Source: Paragordius varius
Taxonomy: Eukaryota; Animalia; Nematomorpha
NCBI GenBank assembly: GCA_964247055.1
Contig: OZ176055.1
Span: 7,874,001-7,938,000 of the forward strand
Direction of reading: 5' to 3'
DNA length: 64,000 nucleotides
This document shows, in pieces, positions 1-12,500 of this stretch. The translations under genes were made by a program, and so were the position numbers. The number at the start of each line of letters is the position of its first letter. Within the stretch, counting starts at the first letter, position 1. The notes under the pieces are model-generated. The model worked only from the letters and a program-made list of their open reading frames with translations, was not told where the DNA came from and did not search any database.

Positions 1-324
1 ATAGCAAAATTTTGTTTTGAGCTGGAGGAAAACGATTTTGACCTCGATTTCATAGAAATAAGCCTGAAGTCATTCATAGATTTGCTTTAGAGATAAAATT
101 TACAACACATATGGTTTGTTGAATTCGATTATTTCTCAAAAATCACATTAAATGCCTTTGAGAAAAATGTTTCTTAATCAAAAGAGGTGTAGGTTATTGG
201 AGATCCGGTTAAAAGGTTTTAAGTGCTGTGCATTTCCAACGTTACATTATTTATCTAGAGCGTTTGTTTATTCTAAAAAAGAAATGTAATTATTCCTAAT
301 GTTAAAACAATGCTTCTTTATTAA

Positions 325-661
325 TATACCATTTACAATTCAAATTCACCCTTGATCAATTCAAATTCACCCTTAAACAATTCAAATTCACCCTCAAACA
401 ATTCAAATTCACCCTTAAATAAATTATGAAATTTTGTTCTAATATAACTCATCAATAAAATTAATTATATTTTTATGGCAAAGTTTATTATTATATCAGT
501 ATTTTTTAGATTACATACAAAGTTTTTTTTTTTGAAAAAATATAAAAAAATATAGGTAATATTTAATCTTAAAAAACACATAATTGATTTTAGGGTGAAA
601 TTGAATTGTTCGAGGGTGAATTTGAATTGTTTAAGGGTGAATTTCAACTGTAAATGGTATA
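325..661. mobile_element. MITE family A copy 1 (TA-CCATTTACA termini, 21-bp subterminal repeats CAATTCAAATTCACCCTTAAA)
   Basis: Starts tataccatttacaattcaaattcaccc and ends gggtgaatttcaactgtaaatggtata; about 4 tandem 21-mers in the left arm, mirrored in the right arm; no coding capacity. Confidence 0.9.
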
Positions 662-1184
662 TATAGTTTTAGTAACCCAAATAACCTTTGCCATCCAATC
701 AAATCGCGCCCACTCAACTATCGTACTTTCAAGTTCCTGCTGATTTTTTAGATATAGTTTGGTTTTTAAACCAGCTAAATTAATTCTCAAATGGTAATTA
801 AAAATCATCAACTTTACAAACATTTGTTAACAAGATTTGTGTAATTATAGAGGAAGAATATATTAATGAAAAAAATCCCGCATCTCCGATATTAAATCTG
901 ACAGGATAGTGGAAAAATTTGTCTAAATTTATCGTAAAAAAGTGGACATTGTGAAAAAACATTATTTTTCTAGAATTGAATAGAAATGCCACATATAAAC
1001 TTACCACAAATTTTATTTAAAATATCGCAAATGTCGTTTTTTACTAGCTTGCATGAGTGAAACATTGCCAATTTTTCATTAAATATAGAGAAAGAGCATT
1101 ATTTTTTCATATTGCTTTTTACAAATGGGAGAAGGGCCATGTGAGACAAATTTATAACTTTCTCTATGAAGTGGTTTACTTTAA

Positions 1185-1335
1185 GCATTTATCTTGCCAG
1201 TTCGCGCTTTATTGTGTCAATCCATCTCGTTTTAGGGGGCCCACGTCCTTGTTTTAACTATATGTCATTATATGAATTTTGCAATCAAATGACATCATCT
1301 CCTTTAAATGTGACCAAACCAACACTATCTTTTTT
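1185..1335 (-). pseudogene. Degenerate non-LTR retrotransposon (RTE-like) ORF2 C-terminal remnant
   Basis: Minus strand reads WFGHI*RR, then after a frameshift KQGRGPPKTRWIDTIKRELAR. This resembles the RWFGHV.R...RGRPxxRWxD tail of RTE-type LINE ORF2; stops and a frameshift are present. Confidence 0.6.
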
Positions 1336-2261
1336 GTCATTTTTTCACCTATCGTTTTAATATCCGTGCCTCCAAAAAATAGTCACTCTAGTAAAGAACA
1401 ATTCTATTGGCTAAAAGGAAAAAAATCGCAAAAATACATATTTTTTATGTTAGTTTAAGCCAATCAACCATATTATACTCTACTGTAAATGCTAGCTGGC
1501 AATATTAAACAAAAAAACTTTTACGTTACATAATATGCAAAAATCTGTTCCTAAATTGTTTTTTTTACAACATTGACATAGAAACAAAATGCCATCCGAA
1601 AACTTTTATTAAATAATCCCACTCCCTTTGCGCACAATACACGAATGTTTGAGGTTCAAAGAAATTTATTTTTGACATTCCCCCTGGAATCAAACTTATT
1701 TAACATAATGAAACATTTAGCATAAGATCATGTATTTTATGCCTGTTAACATTTAGACCACAGGTCAGAAAAATGTTTTTAATAATGGTAAAGATTTATT
1801 GCTTTTTTCTTTTTCATAAAACAAATAATATCATCAATAAAAATAATTAAAAAGACACTTGAATTTTAATAATTATAAATGAATTATATAATTACCACAT
1901 AATTTTATCTATTAATATTAAACAATTAAATTAAAATCAATAATATAATTGTTTAATGATAATGATAATAATTAGTAAACTCACTTTTCTTTACTTGTTA
2001 AATATTTGCAGTTCGATTTATATTTTTTACGTATTATACATATTCATAAATCTTTTTATTTACCATGTATGTAATAAGTTGTTTAATCTAATTTTTATTT
2101 TATCATTTACATATTTTCAATAATTTTGCAACTAGCAAACAATACTGCAGTAGCTAGGTGTTCTTAAATCTATCAAAGAGTAATAAATACATCATACATT
2201 GTATAATTTATAGCGCCGATTTAAAGCCACCAAACTTAATTCTCTATACTTCTAATCAAAA

Positions 2262-2410
2262 TACAGTAGCGTATGGCATAAAACAATATTAGTCCATAAA
2301 AGAATAAAAAAATGTTGTTTTCAAAAAAACAAGGGGATTTTATGGAAAGCTTGTTTTTTGAAACAAAACTTTTTAATTTTATGGACTAATAATATTTTAT
2401 GCCATACGCA
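2262..2410. mobile_element. Small palindromic MITE-like hairpin
   Basis: gcgtatggcataaaacaatattagtccataaaa ... ttttatggactaataatattttatgccatacgc inverted arms, preceded by tacagt. Confidence 0.65.
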
Positions 2411-3440
2411 TAAATCAAATGTGTGTTAACACCTCTATAATCCTTATAAAAAAGGCACAAATAATATTGCAACATCAGATCGAATAAATAAATTTTTGAC
2501 AGTTTTAAACATTTTTGTTTGTGTTTAACCAGTTCAATTTTTTTACAGCAAGAATGATTTTAACTGATAGTAGGACATGAATGAAAATTTGGATCCATTT
2601 TCATATTATTTTAAAAATTAAAAAAAGAGTTATTAAATAAAAATGGTGTAATACAATAATAAAATAATAATTTATTACCTTTACCGTTTACATATTAAAC
2701 GTACATACCTATATATTATTTTGCTTTATATTTAAAATTTTTACCTATATAATATATCTATCCATAGTTATAATATAATTTTTTTATTGCAATAAAACAT
2801 AAAATAGTGAAAAAACAAACAAATAATTTCTCTATTATTCAAATTGGTGTTTATTGTTATCAACATACATTTATAATAATTTTTTTTATCAAATCAAACC
2901 ACAAAACCACTATTTTTGACTCACATTTTTCATACTAAAAGATAGTCTTTAAGCTAAATTTTTATTTCTTTTTCTGAGGTTAAAATCTACATTTTTTCCA
3001 AATCCATCATTCATATAATAAATTCTAACTTATCAAAAAGTAAAAACCTTCAAACTTTTTTTACAGTTGGAATTTTTTTTTCTGCAAAAAAGGAGGAGAA
3101 CAAGAGATTACTAATTTATATTTTGAGAACAGTATTGTATTGCATAATCTATTATCGCTTTTTTTGCTGTTCTTATTATAAAAACTAAAGAAATTCTTTA
3201 ACTTTCATTTTTTAACCTTATACGAAAAATATCTTTTTTAGTTTTGAACTTTAACCACCATATACATCATTCTTATCATAACTTTGAGAGAAAAACTGCT
3301 TTTTAAACATCAGCTGATATTCTTCAGAATTCTCCAAAGTATCTTGAAGAACTTTTTTGAAATTGTAATTTATCTCTACTTAACACCCCCTAATCTCTAA
3401 TCTTAGATTATATACCCGTTTACCCCAAATCAAGCAAACA

Positions 3441-4494
3441 ATGAATAACTCTAATTGTAATAATAGTATTAAAACGCAGTTTTCAAGATTTTTATCTTTT
3501 TACAATACGTTTCCATCCCCTTCTTCAGTTTATTCAAATTATTTTGGGAGAATTGTTTTACGAGCAGCCCTACAAACACTCCATTGTACTTTTATAATTG
3601 CAACCGTTTTCATATTTACCATTCTTACATCTTGTACAGGTAAATGCAACATTTTTATTTTTTACCTATATCCAAATTATACCTCCATAAATGAGTCATA
3701 TATGGGTGTGTGGTGTATAAAATGTAAATTTTATGGTTTTTAATACCTAACTAACATTCTAACAAATATTTCAAAATTATTTTTTGTGAAATTTGAACTT
3801 TTTTTACGGAGCAGAGACTACCCCCCTTCCCTTCTTACAATTGTATGTTAGATTGTATCTTTTGAAAATACTTTTTTTACTCCATAAAAAGAAACTTATT
3901 TGAAAAGAAACTTTGGAAAAGTATATTTTTAACATATCTGTGACAATTCGAACTGTGTCGTACTAAATTGCTGCTTAAATACGTTATCTAAAAAGTTTTC
4001 CAACTAATATGTTCTTGGATTTTTTTTGTGTGTGTGAAAATTTTTGTTTCAAAAAAACACAACAATGTTGTAATTGTTATATTATTTTATAACTATTAAC
4101 CTAATTCCTGGTTTTTTGCATGCACTGCATTTTATTGCTATAATTCCTAAGATATAAATATATATACTTTTCAACGTTATTTATTTAACCCGCGCAAACT
4201 TTAACATATATTTTTTTATTTTTTCCAGGTGCAAATTAAACTAATTTTTTTTTAATTTATAAGTTTTGATGAAGATGGATTAAATATATTAAATTACCGA
4301 GAAAATTTTTTCCTTTTTCTTACCTGTCCACATAATATTTATTATTTCTGTTTATATTACTATAAAGGTGTTTAAACATTATATTTAATTAATTCATGAA
4401 TATTATTAAAATTTGTAATTTAAATTATATACATATATATTTATTCTTCCGTTATTTGAATATATAAATAATATCGATTACATGACACCGAATT

Positions 4495-4530
<36 letters not shown>

Positions 4531-6440
4531 AAATAAAATGACCCCAGCTAATTTTTAATAATTTAATTTACATAAATATATATTCATTTATATTATCCGT
4601 TTAGATGTAAAGTTTTTGAATAAATTTAAATAATTTATACATTTAATATTATTATATTATTAATATTAAATAATTTATGATTATTCACGGATTTTATATT
4701 TAATTCAATTTTTGTTAATATTTTATTGATGAGGTCATCTGTCCTCTCTTTTTGATTCTACAGGGTTTTATTCAAAGCTAAAAAATTTTTTAAAAAAAAT
4801 TATTTCAAATCTCAATTTATATATATTTTAATAAAAATATTTGTTTTTTCATTGCCACATCTTACATAAGCTATCAAAGGAGCTTTTTTCTCATTTTATA
4901 ATTTCCTTATTTATGAATTTGTCACGCAACACTCACTGTTTAATAAAATGGTCATATTTTATTTAATTCATAAATAAAATATTTTTAAAATAGTAACTAA
5001 AATATATTTTTTATGTGAAAAGTTTAAATATTTAAAAGGTGTTTGCTAATAGTTAGTTTAAAATAGTATACCATTTCCCAGTCTAAATAAACGTTTTCCC
5101 AATCAATCGAAACATTTTCCCAATCAATCGAAACGTTTTCCCAGTCAATCGAAACGATTTCCCAGTCAATCGAAACATTTTCCCAGTCAATCGAAACGTT
5201 TTCCCAGTCAATCGAAACATTTTCCCAGTCAATAAAAACATTTTCCCAATCAATAAAAACGTTTTCCCAGTCAATAAAAACGGTTTTATTTTTGATGATA
5301 AATATCAAAACAAGAATATAAAAACAACTTTTATCCATTATCAGCGTAATATATGGAGATAATTTTTAATTAAAAACACAATTTAAATGACAGTTTTTTA
5401 ATTATATTCCATACACAATCATTAATGACACATTCTTTATAAGTTATATTTTTTAAAATTGGAGATATAATATTTTTTATTTTATCGATAGTTCGCATTT
5501 ATGTTTGCCGAACGCTTCAAAACACATTTTAGTATTTTTTCGATAAAAATGTTTTTGATTTAAAAATGATAAATAAAAAGATATTTGACTAAAACAGGGG
5601 TGTCCAACCAATTATCTTCGCGGGCCGCATTTTTACAAAAAGCACACGGTTCCCCACTCGAAATATATACGGTCATTCACATAATTTTTCGATTTATAAG
5701 ACTGTAAAATACAAACACAATATAACATTTTTTTAATTCATTACCAATTTAATTGATTCATTTATATGCGTAAGAAATATGAATTTTGATTTTGTGGGCA
5801 TATTTTTGCATATGGATTTCCAAATTTTTTGCGGCCCGCACAAAGATACGAAGGCCGCCTTAGGCCCCCAAATGTTAAATAATTTATTAGCGTTAAATTT
5901 TTGTTAAGATCCAATATAAAATGTTAAATGACCTTTGTGACAAAAATGGTATATTTTTAAATTTTATTAATTTATCCGTAACTATAGATTTTTTAAGTTA
6001 GCCGCATCGATAAGATAAAAAATATAATCTAAACTCAAATTCCAAAAATATGACATTTAAGAATAAGTCATTAATGATTGTGTATGGAATATAATTAAAA
6101 AACTGTCATTTAAATTGTGTTTTTAATTAAAAATTATCTCCATATATTACGCTGATAATGGATAAAAGTTGTTTTTATATTCTTGTTTTGATATTTATCA
6201 TCAAAAATAAAACCGTTTTTATTGACTGGGAAAACGTTTTTATTGATTGGGAAAATGTTTTTATTGACTGGGAAAATGTTTCGATTGACTGGGAAAACGT
6301 TTCGATTGACTGGGAAAATGTTTCGATTGACTGGGAAAACGTTTCGATTGACTGGGAAAACGTTCCGATTGACTGGGAAAATGTTTCGATTGACTGGGAA
6401 AACGTTTATTTAGACTGGGAAATGGTATATTATTACATAT

Positions 6441-6517
<77 letters not shown>

Positions 6518-9500
6518 TCAAATCGGCTTTGTTGAATTTTACTTATTGGTTGAAAGGACAGAGAAAAAATGTTTCCTGGAAAATTTTTTTTTCAAATGTA
6601 AAATGCATGCCGATTTATGAAAGAATTAACAATGTAAAAAAAGTGGATTACACCATTTTTACTTAAAATAATAGGTGATATTTAAATTTCTTATGAAATA
6701 GTGGTTTTAAAGTTAAAACATAAAATATAGTATGTCTCAAACATTTTTAAGGTATATCAAAAAAAATGAATAACCTTACTAATTAATATATGTATATCAA
6801 GATTAGAAATATTATATTAGTATCAGTAGAATGAATTTTAAAATATATGTCTAATCTAATTTATTAATATTGAAAAAAATTATCATAACACTGTAGTGTA
6901 TGGTAAAAAATAACGAATGGTTAAATATGTGCAACTGATTCCTAAGTCTAAACCAGTGATACTCAAACCGCGGCCCGCGGGCCGCATGCGGCCCTAAGAG
7001 TCCTTTAAAATTGCCCTATGACCATATTGATACTAAAAATTATTTTCTTGATTGATGAATTTTCTAAATACACATGAACGAATTGTCGCTTATTTTAATA
7101 CTTAAGATTTAATTTTAATAATTTTTATTCTTTACCCAATAATAAATGTAGAAAAATTTTCCTACATTACAGTCATGAATCCTTTATTTTATCAAAAATT
7201 TATTTTTTTCGTTAAATGGATATAATTTGGTAAAGAATGGAAAAAACAAAAGCTCTATGGTATTAACAATATCATATTCATCAAAAGTATAAGAATTACC
7301 ATAGAGCTCTTGCTATTTCCATTCTTTACATATTTATACCCATTTAACGAAAAAAAAAATAACTTTTTGATAAAATAAAGAATACATGACTTAAAATGAT
7401 TTCAATATTTCGGCATACGCTGCTTCTGTATTCTATTTTTTTCTATTCTGAAAATTTCATTGCATTTTTTGTAATTTAACCATCCTTTCACCCAAACCTG
7501 CATATACATATTCTTTTCGTTGCTATCCTGCATCATTTTTTATAACTCATTCTCATAAAATATTTTAAATCAACATCATTATATTTCGACCTGTTTTTTT
7601 ATAGCATGAATTCAAATTATATTCTTATTTTTAAAAAAATTTACATAATATTTAAACATAAATTCAAAGGATGACATCTAATGCTAAAAACGTAAAATTA
7701 TTTGATGAAAATCGCTCCTTTAAATATTGGAAAGCAAAATTCTTTGTCGTTAAAAATAAAAATATTGTTACCTGCCGTTATGTAAGGACCGCATAATTAT
7801 AAAAAAATATAATATTGAAAGACATTTTACAATCCATCATTCTTATAAATTACCAGAAAATCATGGGGAAAGAAACGAAAAATAAAAAAATTAAGAATTA
7901 TACCAGAAAGAAAAATCTATTATATCCACATCTTTACCCAGGAAAATGCTCTAATATTAGCTTCGTATGAAATTCGCTATATTTTAGGAAAAATATGAAA
8001 CCGTTTACTGATTCCAGCTAATAAAAGAATGCTTAATAAATTGTTGCGCTTTTTTATTTGATAAATTCTATAATACAAATTATGAGGCAATTTAAAAAAC
8101 TTCAACTTTCTGATTCAATATGTGCCCGACGAGATGAAAATATGGCTAAATATATTTTAACAATACATTATTGGCTCTGAAAAACTGAAAGTATTGCTAT
8201 TGATTCTAGCAATGATATTAGTTCAACACCTCAACTTGCGCTCTTCGTGAGGATTTTACAACGACATAATCAAAGATGAATATTCAAATTTATACCAATG
8301 AATACCACAAAAGGAAGTGATTTTCTCGAAATAATTATTTTTTTGGATAATAATGGTATATCTGTGAAAAAATTAGTTTTGATCTGCACTAGCTGTCCCT
8401 ATGATTGGAATAAACAACGGATTATTTTTCCCTCAACTTACACTTGTGAGACGGCATATTCAAAAATAAAATATGTCAAGAATACATACAGAAATTGCGT
8501 AACCGATGACATTTGGACGAAGTATTTAGTGGCCTGTCATGAGGCAAAACCAAATTATTCAAAAATTATTGGTTAATATCAAAATAAATGTTGTTTAATA
8601 TTTTGGACTAAACGGTACAAAACGAGTTCTAGATTTAGATGTAATCAGCACAAAATTCTTTGTGCTGATTTAGAGTATAAATGTCAAATATATGAAGTAT
8701 TTGCAATTTTAAGGTTCATGATGGCCCTCGAAAAAAATTTATATTTTATTTGGCCCGTTAATTTTTTTTGGTGAGTACCACTGGTCTAAACATTAATTTT
8801 GTTTATTTAATTATGGACATGCAATTTTTTTTATCATACACTACTGTAATAAATAATGAGCACGCTTTATTAAGAGAATATATAGATATTTTATGCATTT
8901 ATTGATAAAATTTGTAACATTTTATATATCTAATTGATAATTATTTTTATTTTTTTATTTAAATTTTTTTTTAAAAAAGAGGGAAAGATAGATGTACTAT
9001 AAAATTTTTATTTCCATATTTTATATAATGTCCGGCAATGTACGGCATTTGACAATAGGCAGCACAAATTATAGATAATTTTATATTCAATACTATTATC
9101 AAAAAAGATTCAATTGTTAAAAATGGACAGATGTCCCTTTAAAGTGCAAATTGGTTATCCATCCATATCTATAAAAAATATTAAAAAAGATAATATAAAA
9201 TATTATATTATGAAAATTATATTTAAATATATTTTATCAATATATATCTCAACGTACATTTCCTACTACTTTTAATAAATTTTTATCTGTGTATGTATGA
9301 TATTAAATATATTTTTAATTAAATTTATTTTAATCATTTCAATAAAAAAAATTAACCGATAAATTGAAAATTGAAAATTAAAAAAAGAGAAATGAAATAC
9401 CGAAAATGTATGTTTGAGCTGAGATGTTACATATTGATTTTGCGCGTACTGTAAACTGTGCGCGCAAATTCTCAATTAAAATCTTTTATCAATTATAATT

Positions 9501-12500
9501 ATAAAAATAGCTGCTGGTTTTTAATTGTAAAACCAATATATTGTTATTAATTATAATAAAAATAATTATTTTTCATTGATTTTAATATATATATTTTTTT
9601 TAATTTTATAATAGCTGAAGCCGGTTCCATAGTTGCAGAGATTGGAGAGTCTGTTCTACTTCCATGTGGTCCGGCTAATATAAGTATTTTTAATTTTTTT
9701 CGATAAAATTTTATTGAATGCATTTCACTATTGCAAAATTTAATTTGATTTTTATCTGATGAATATACAATTGATATTTTATGTGAATCGAAACGTTTTC
9801 TAGATAAAACAGCACAAATTAGTTTGAATCATTCAAAATATAAACTTGTATAATAAATAAGTTATTAAATACGGATAGGTGGGAAAATTTAGTATAGGAA
9901 GCCACAAAATATAAATTTTAGAATCTAGAGATGTTAATTTTGACCGGTTTAAAAAAATTAATCGCCGTCATAAACAACATTCAACTGAGTTTATGATTAA
10001 AAATATTGATTCCTTAAATAAATTAAAAATTAATTTTAACCAATTACGTTGCTTTAATATTGTTAATAGAATATTAAATCAAACAGACTAAATATTTTTC
10101 CTACAAAAAATTAAGTTTATACCATGTAATAACATATTTTAACTCATTGTTTTAATAATCGTTTGATGGCCTCGGTCATAACCGGGGAGGGCCAATCCTA
10201 GCCATAGTATATATTTTTAATGTGAAATAGCTTATTGTCTGCTTTTTTCCGACTGTTTAATATTTTCAATTATTTTTTTAAAACACGCACACGCATTTTA
10301 GTTTTTACTATTACCAATTTTTTGTTTTTACTGTACATTATAGCTTATGATGGATTAATCATGTGGCGTAATAAAAATAATCATGCAGTAGCCATGTTTA
10401 GCACACGAAGGAATGTTACTATGATTCGCCCAAGCTACAGTATAAAGCACAATCGGGATTTATTCATCCCTATCGTTTCACAAAACCACAGTGGAATCTA
10501 TTATTGCACCATAAATAATTTGGACCCTAAGAACTTTTCTACCAACCTTCAAGTTTATGGTATGTTTGGTTGTTTCGAATAAAAATTTGAGTTTTGAAAT
10601 GGTTTATGCTTAAATGTAATTTAATCTAAATAATTGTTATAAAATTTTTAATAACAGACAAGGTTTTATACAAAAATACTTTGGCTTCATAAATTTTTTA
10701 TCGCAGGTTAATTTTATGTTTTAAGAGTTTTGTGCATATTATTAAAACATTTAATGAATCATAAATATTCGAATAAAAATGTAAAATTTAAATAAGTTGG
10801 TCCAGTTATTTTTAGGAAACTATGATATACAAAAACACTTTGTATTACATATCATATCTAAATTTCTGTGTGTATAAAGCGCCACCAACCATAAAACCCT
10901 TTAACGTGACAGATCTTCGTATGGTGGAAAACGATGCGTTAGCCATTCAATGCCAAGTCGATTCCTTCCCTCCAGCCAAGATTACTTGGATAAAAGTATA
11001 ACATAAATTACCTCTTTTGTGACCGGATTTTAATCGAGAGTTGTTTCTAAATTTTACCATATTTCATGAGAAATTTGGTTTTTTGATTGTTTTTATCTCA
11101 CTTAAAGATATGGAGAAAATAAAATCAGCTTATTGATAAGTTAAAAAAACGAGATTAATGACCAATTATTATTCTTTTCAGAAAAACATGCCGATTATAA
11201 CAAATAAGTATGTAATTTTAATTTGGATCAATAATAATATAATGAGAAATCATCTCTCTATTGTCGTTATTTATATAGAATCGCGCAAACATTTTTTACT
11301 AAAGTAAATATGATTCAAAACAATTATGGTGCTAACACAAAACTTAAATGTTGAGCGAAAAACTTATTATGCATTTGGATCATATTCTTTACCATTATAT
11401 AATATGTTTTTTGATTAATTTAAACCCTTATGTGTCCAATATAATTTGTGTTGTATAGTCATGTTAGTAGAGCGGCTAAGACATTACTGTTTCCTGTGAG
11501 CATTTTAAAAAAATATTTTCTAAGAAATATTTTTTTCGTAAAAAGGTTATTCTGCATTTTTATATGCTATATAATAATTTTTTTGCGGGATTTTTTTGAC
11601 CAATTCCGTGTTTAACACTAAAAACGGTTTTGTCTTCATTTGAATTTTTGATTGTAAGATTATTTAATTTTTCTATTAAAGTTAATTTTTTATAATATCG
11701 CTTAGCAGGCAATATTCTACAAGTTGATCGAATATCAAATATAGTAGATTGATTTGGGTTTCTAGTCTATTTTTGACCGTTTTTTTTCGCTTTACCGATA
11801 ATTATAGCTTGTATTACAAAGATTTAGTTTGCCTCAAAATCTCCGCATACATAGGTCGGCTTTGCATGCTTACATTTGTAATTGTAGGCATTTATAAATT
11901 AAATCAAAATACACTATTATGCCTGTACTAAAATATTAATTTTTTAATTTTGTTTTTTTCCTACATAATTTTTGTAGAAGTTCGATTCCAAGGGTAACCT
12001 AAACTTCAAAACAAACGTGAGCCAAACCCAAACTAATGGGATTTTACTCATCGATCCGATAAAATATGAACATGGTGGTCAGTACGTTTGTGAAGCCAAA
12101 AACCATTTGGGAAGTGCCACCTCAGAACCTATTTCTGTCCGCGTGGAATGTATTGATTAATTTGTGAAAAATATGATGTTTTCAATAAATAATTTACAAC
12201 TTAAAATTTTTGCAAACAAATTTTTCTAAAATTGTATTATTTTTTTATTTTATAACAAAAATAACACTAATGGTAGTACTAGAATTTTTTTTATCGTTTT
12301 CCATTAGCATTAATTTAAAATTTGTGTGTGATTTTTTTTTAAAAAAAAGTGCGCACTAATGAAAAGGGCTTTATTCTTATAAGTTATTAAAAGAGTAAAC
12401 ACTATCAATATATAGATATCCATAACTGTTTTTTTTTATTTTTCAGATTACCAATATGAATTTTTAATAAGTTCATAAATTTTAAATTTTAAGACTATTT

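Noticed and set aside
1-320. Possible coding remnant at the window start
   Set aside because: Stops in the frames examined and no recognisable motif.
465-647. 60-aa ORF, and similar ORFs at 35309-35545 and the tail of 14019-14240
   Set aside because: They are family A MITE sequence.
5067-5290. CRISPR-like appearance of the 21-bp arrays
   Set aside because: The units are contiguous with no spacers, are mirrored in TIRs, and no cas genes are present in this eukaryotic context.
5024-6535. ORFs with 7-aa repeats (IDWENVS / TGKTFRL)
   Set aside because: They are translations of the 21-bp TIR repeats of the foldback element, occur in several frames on both strands, and are not proteins.
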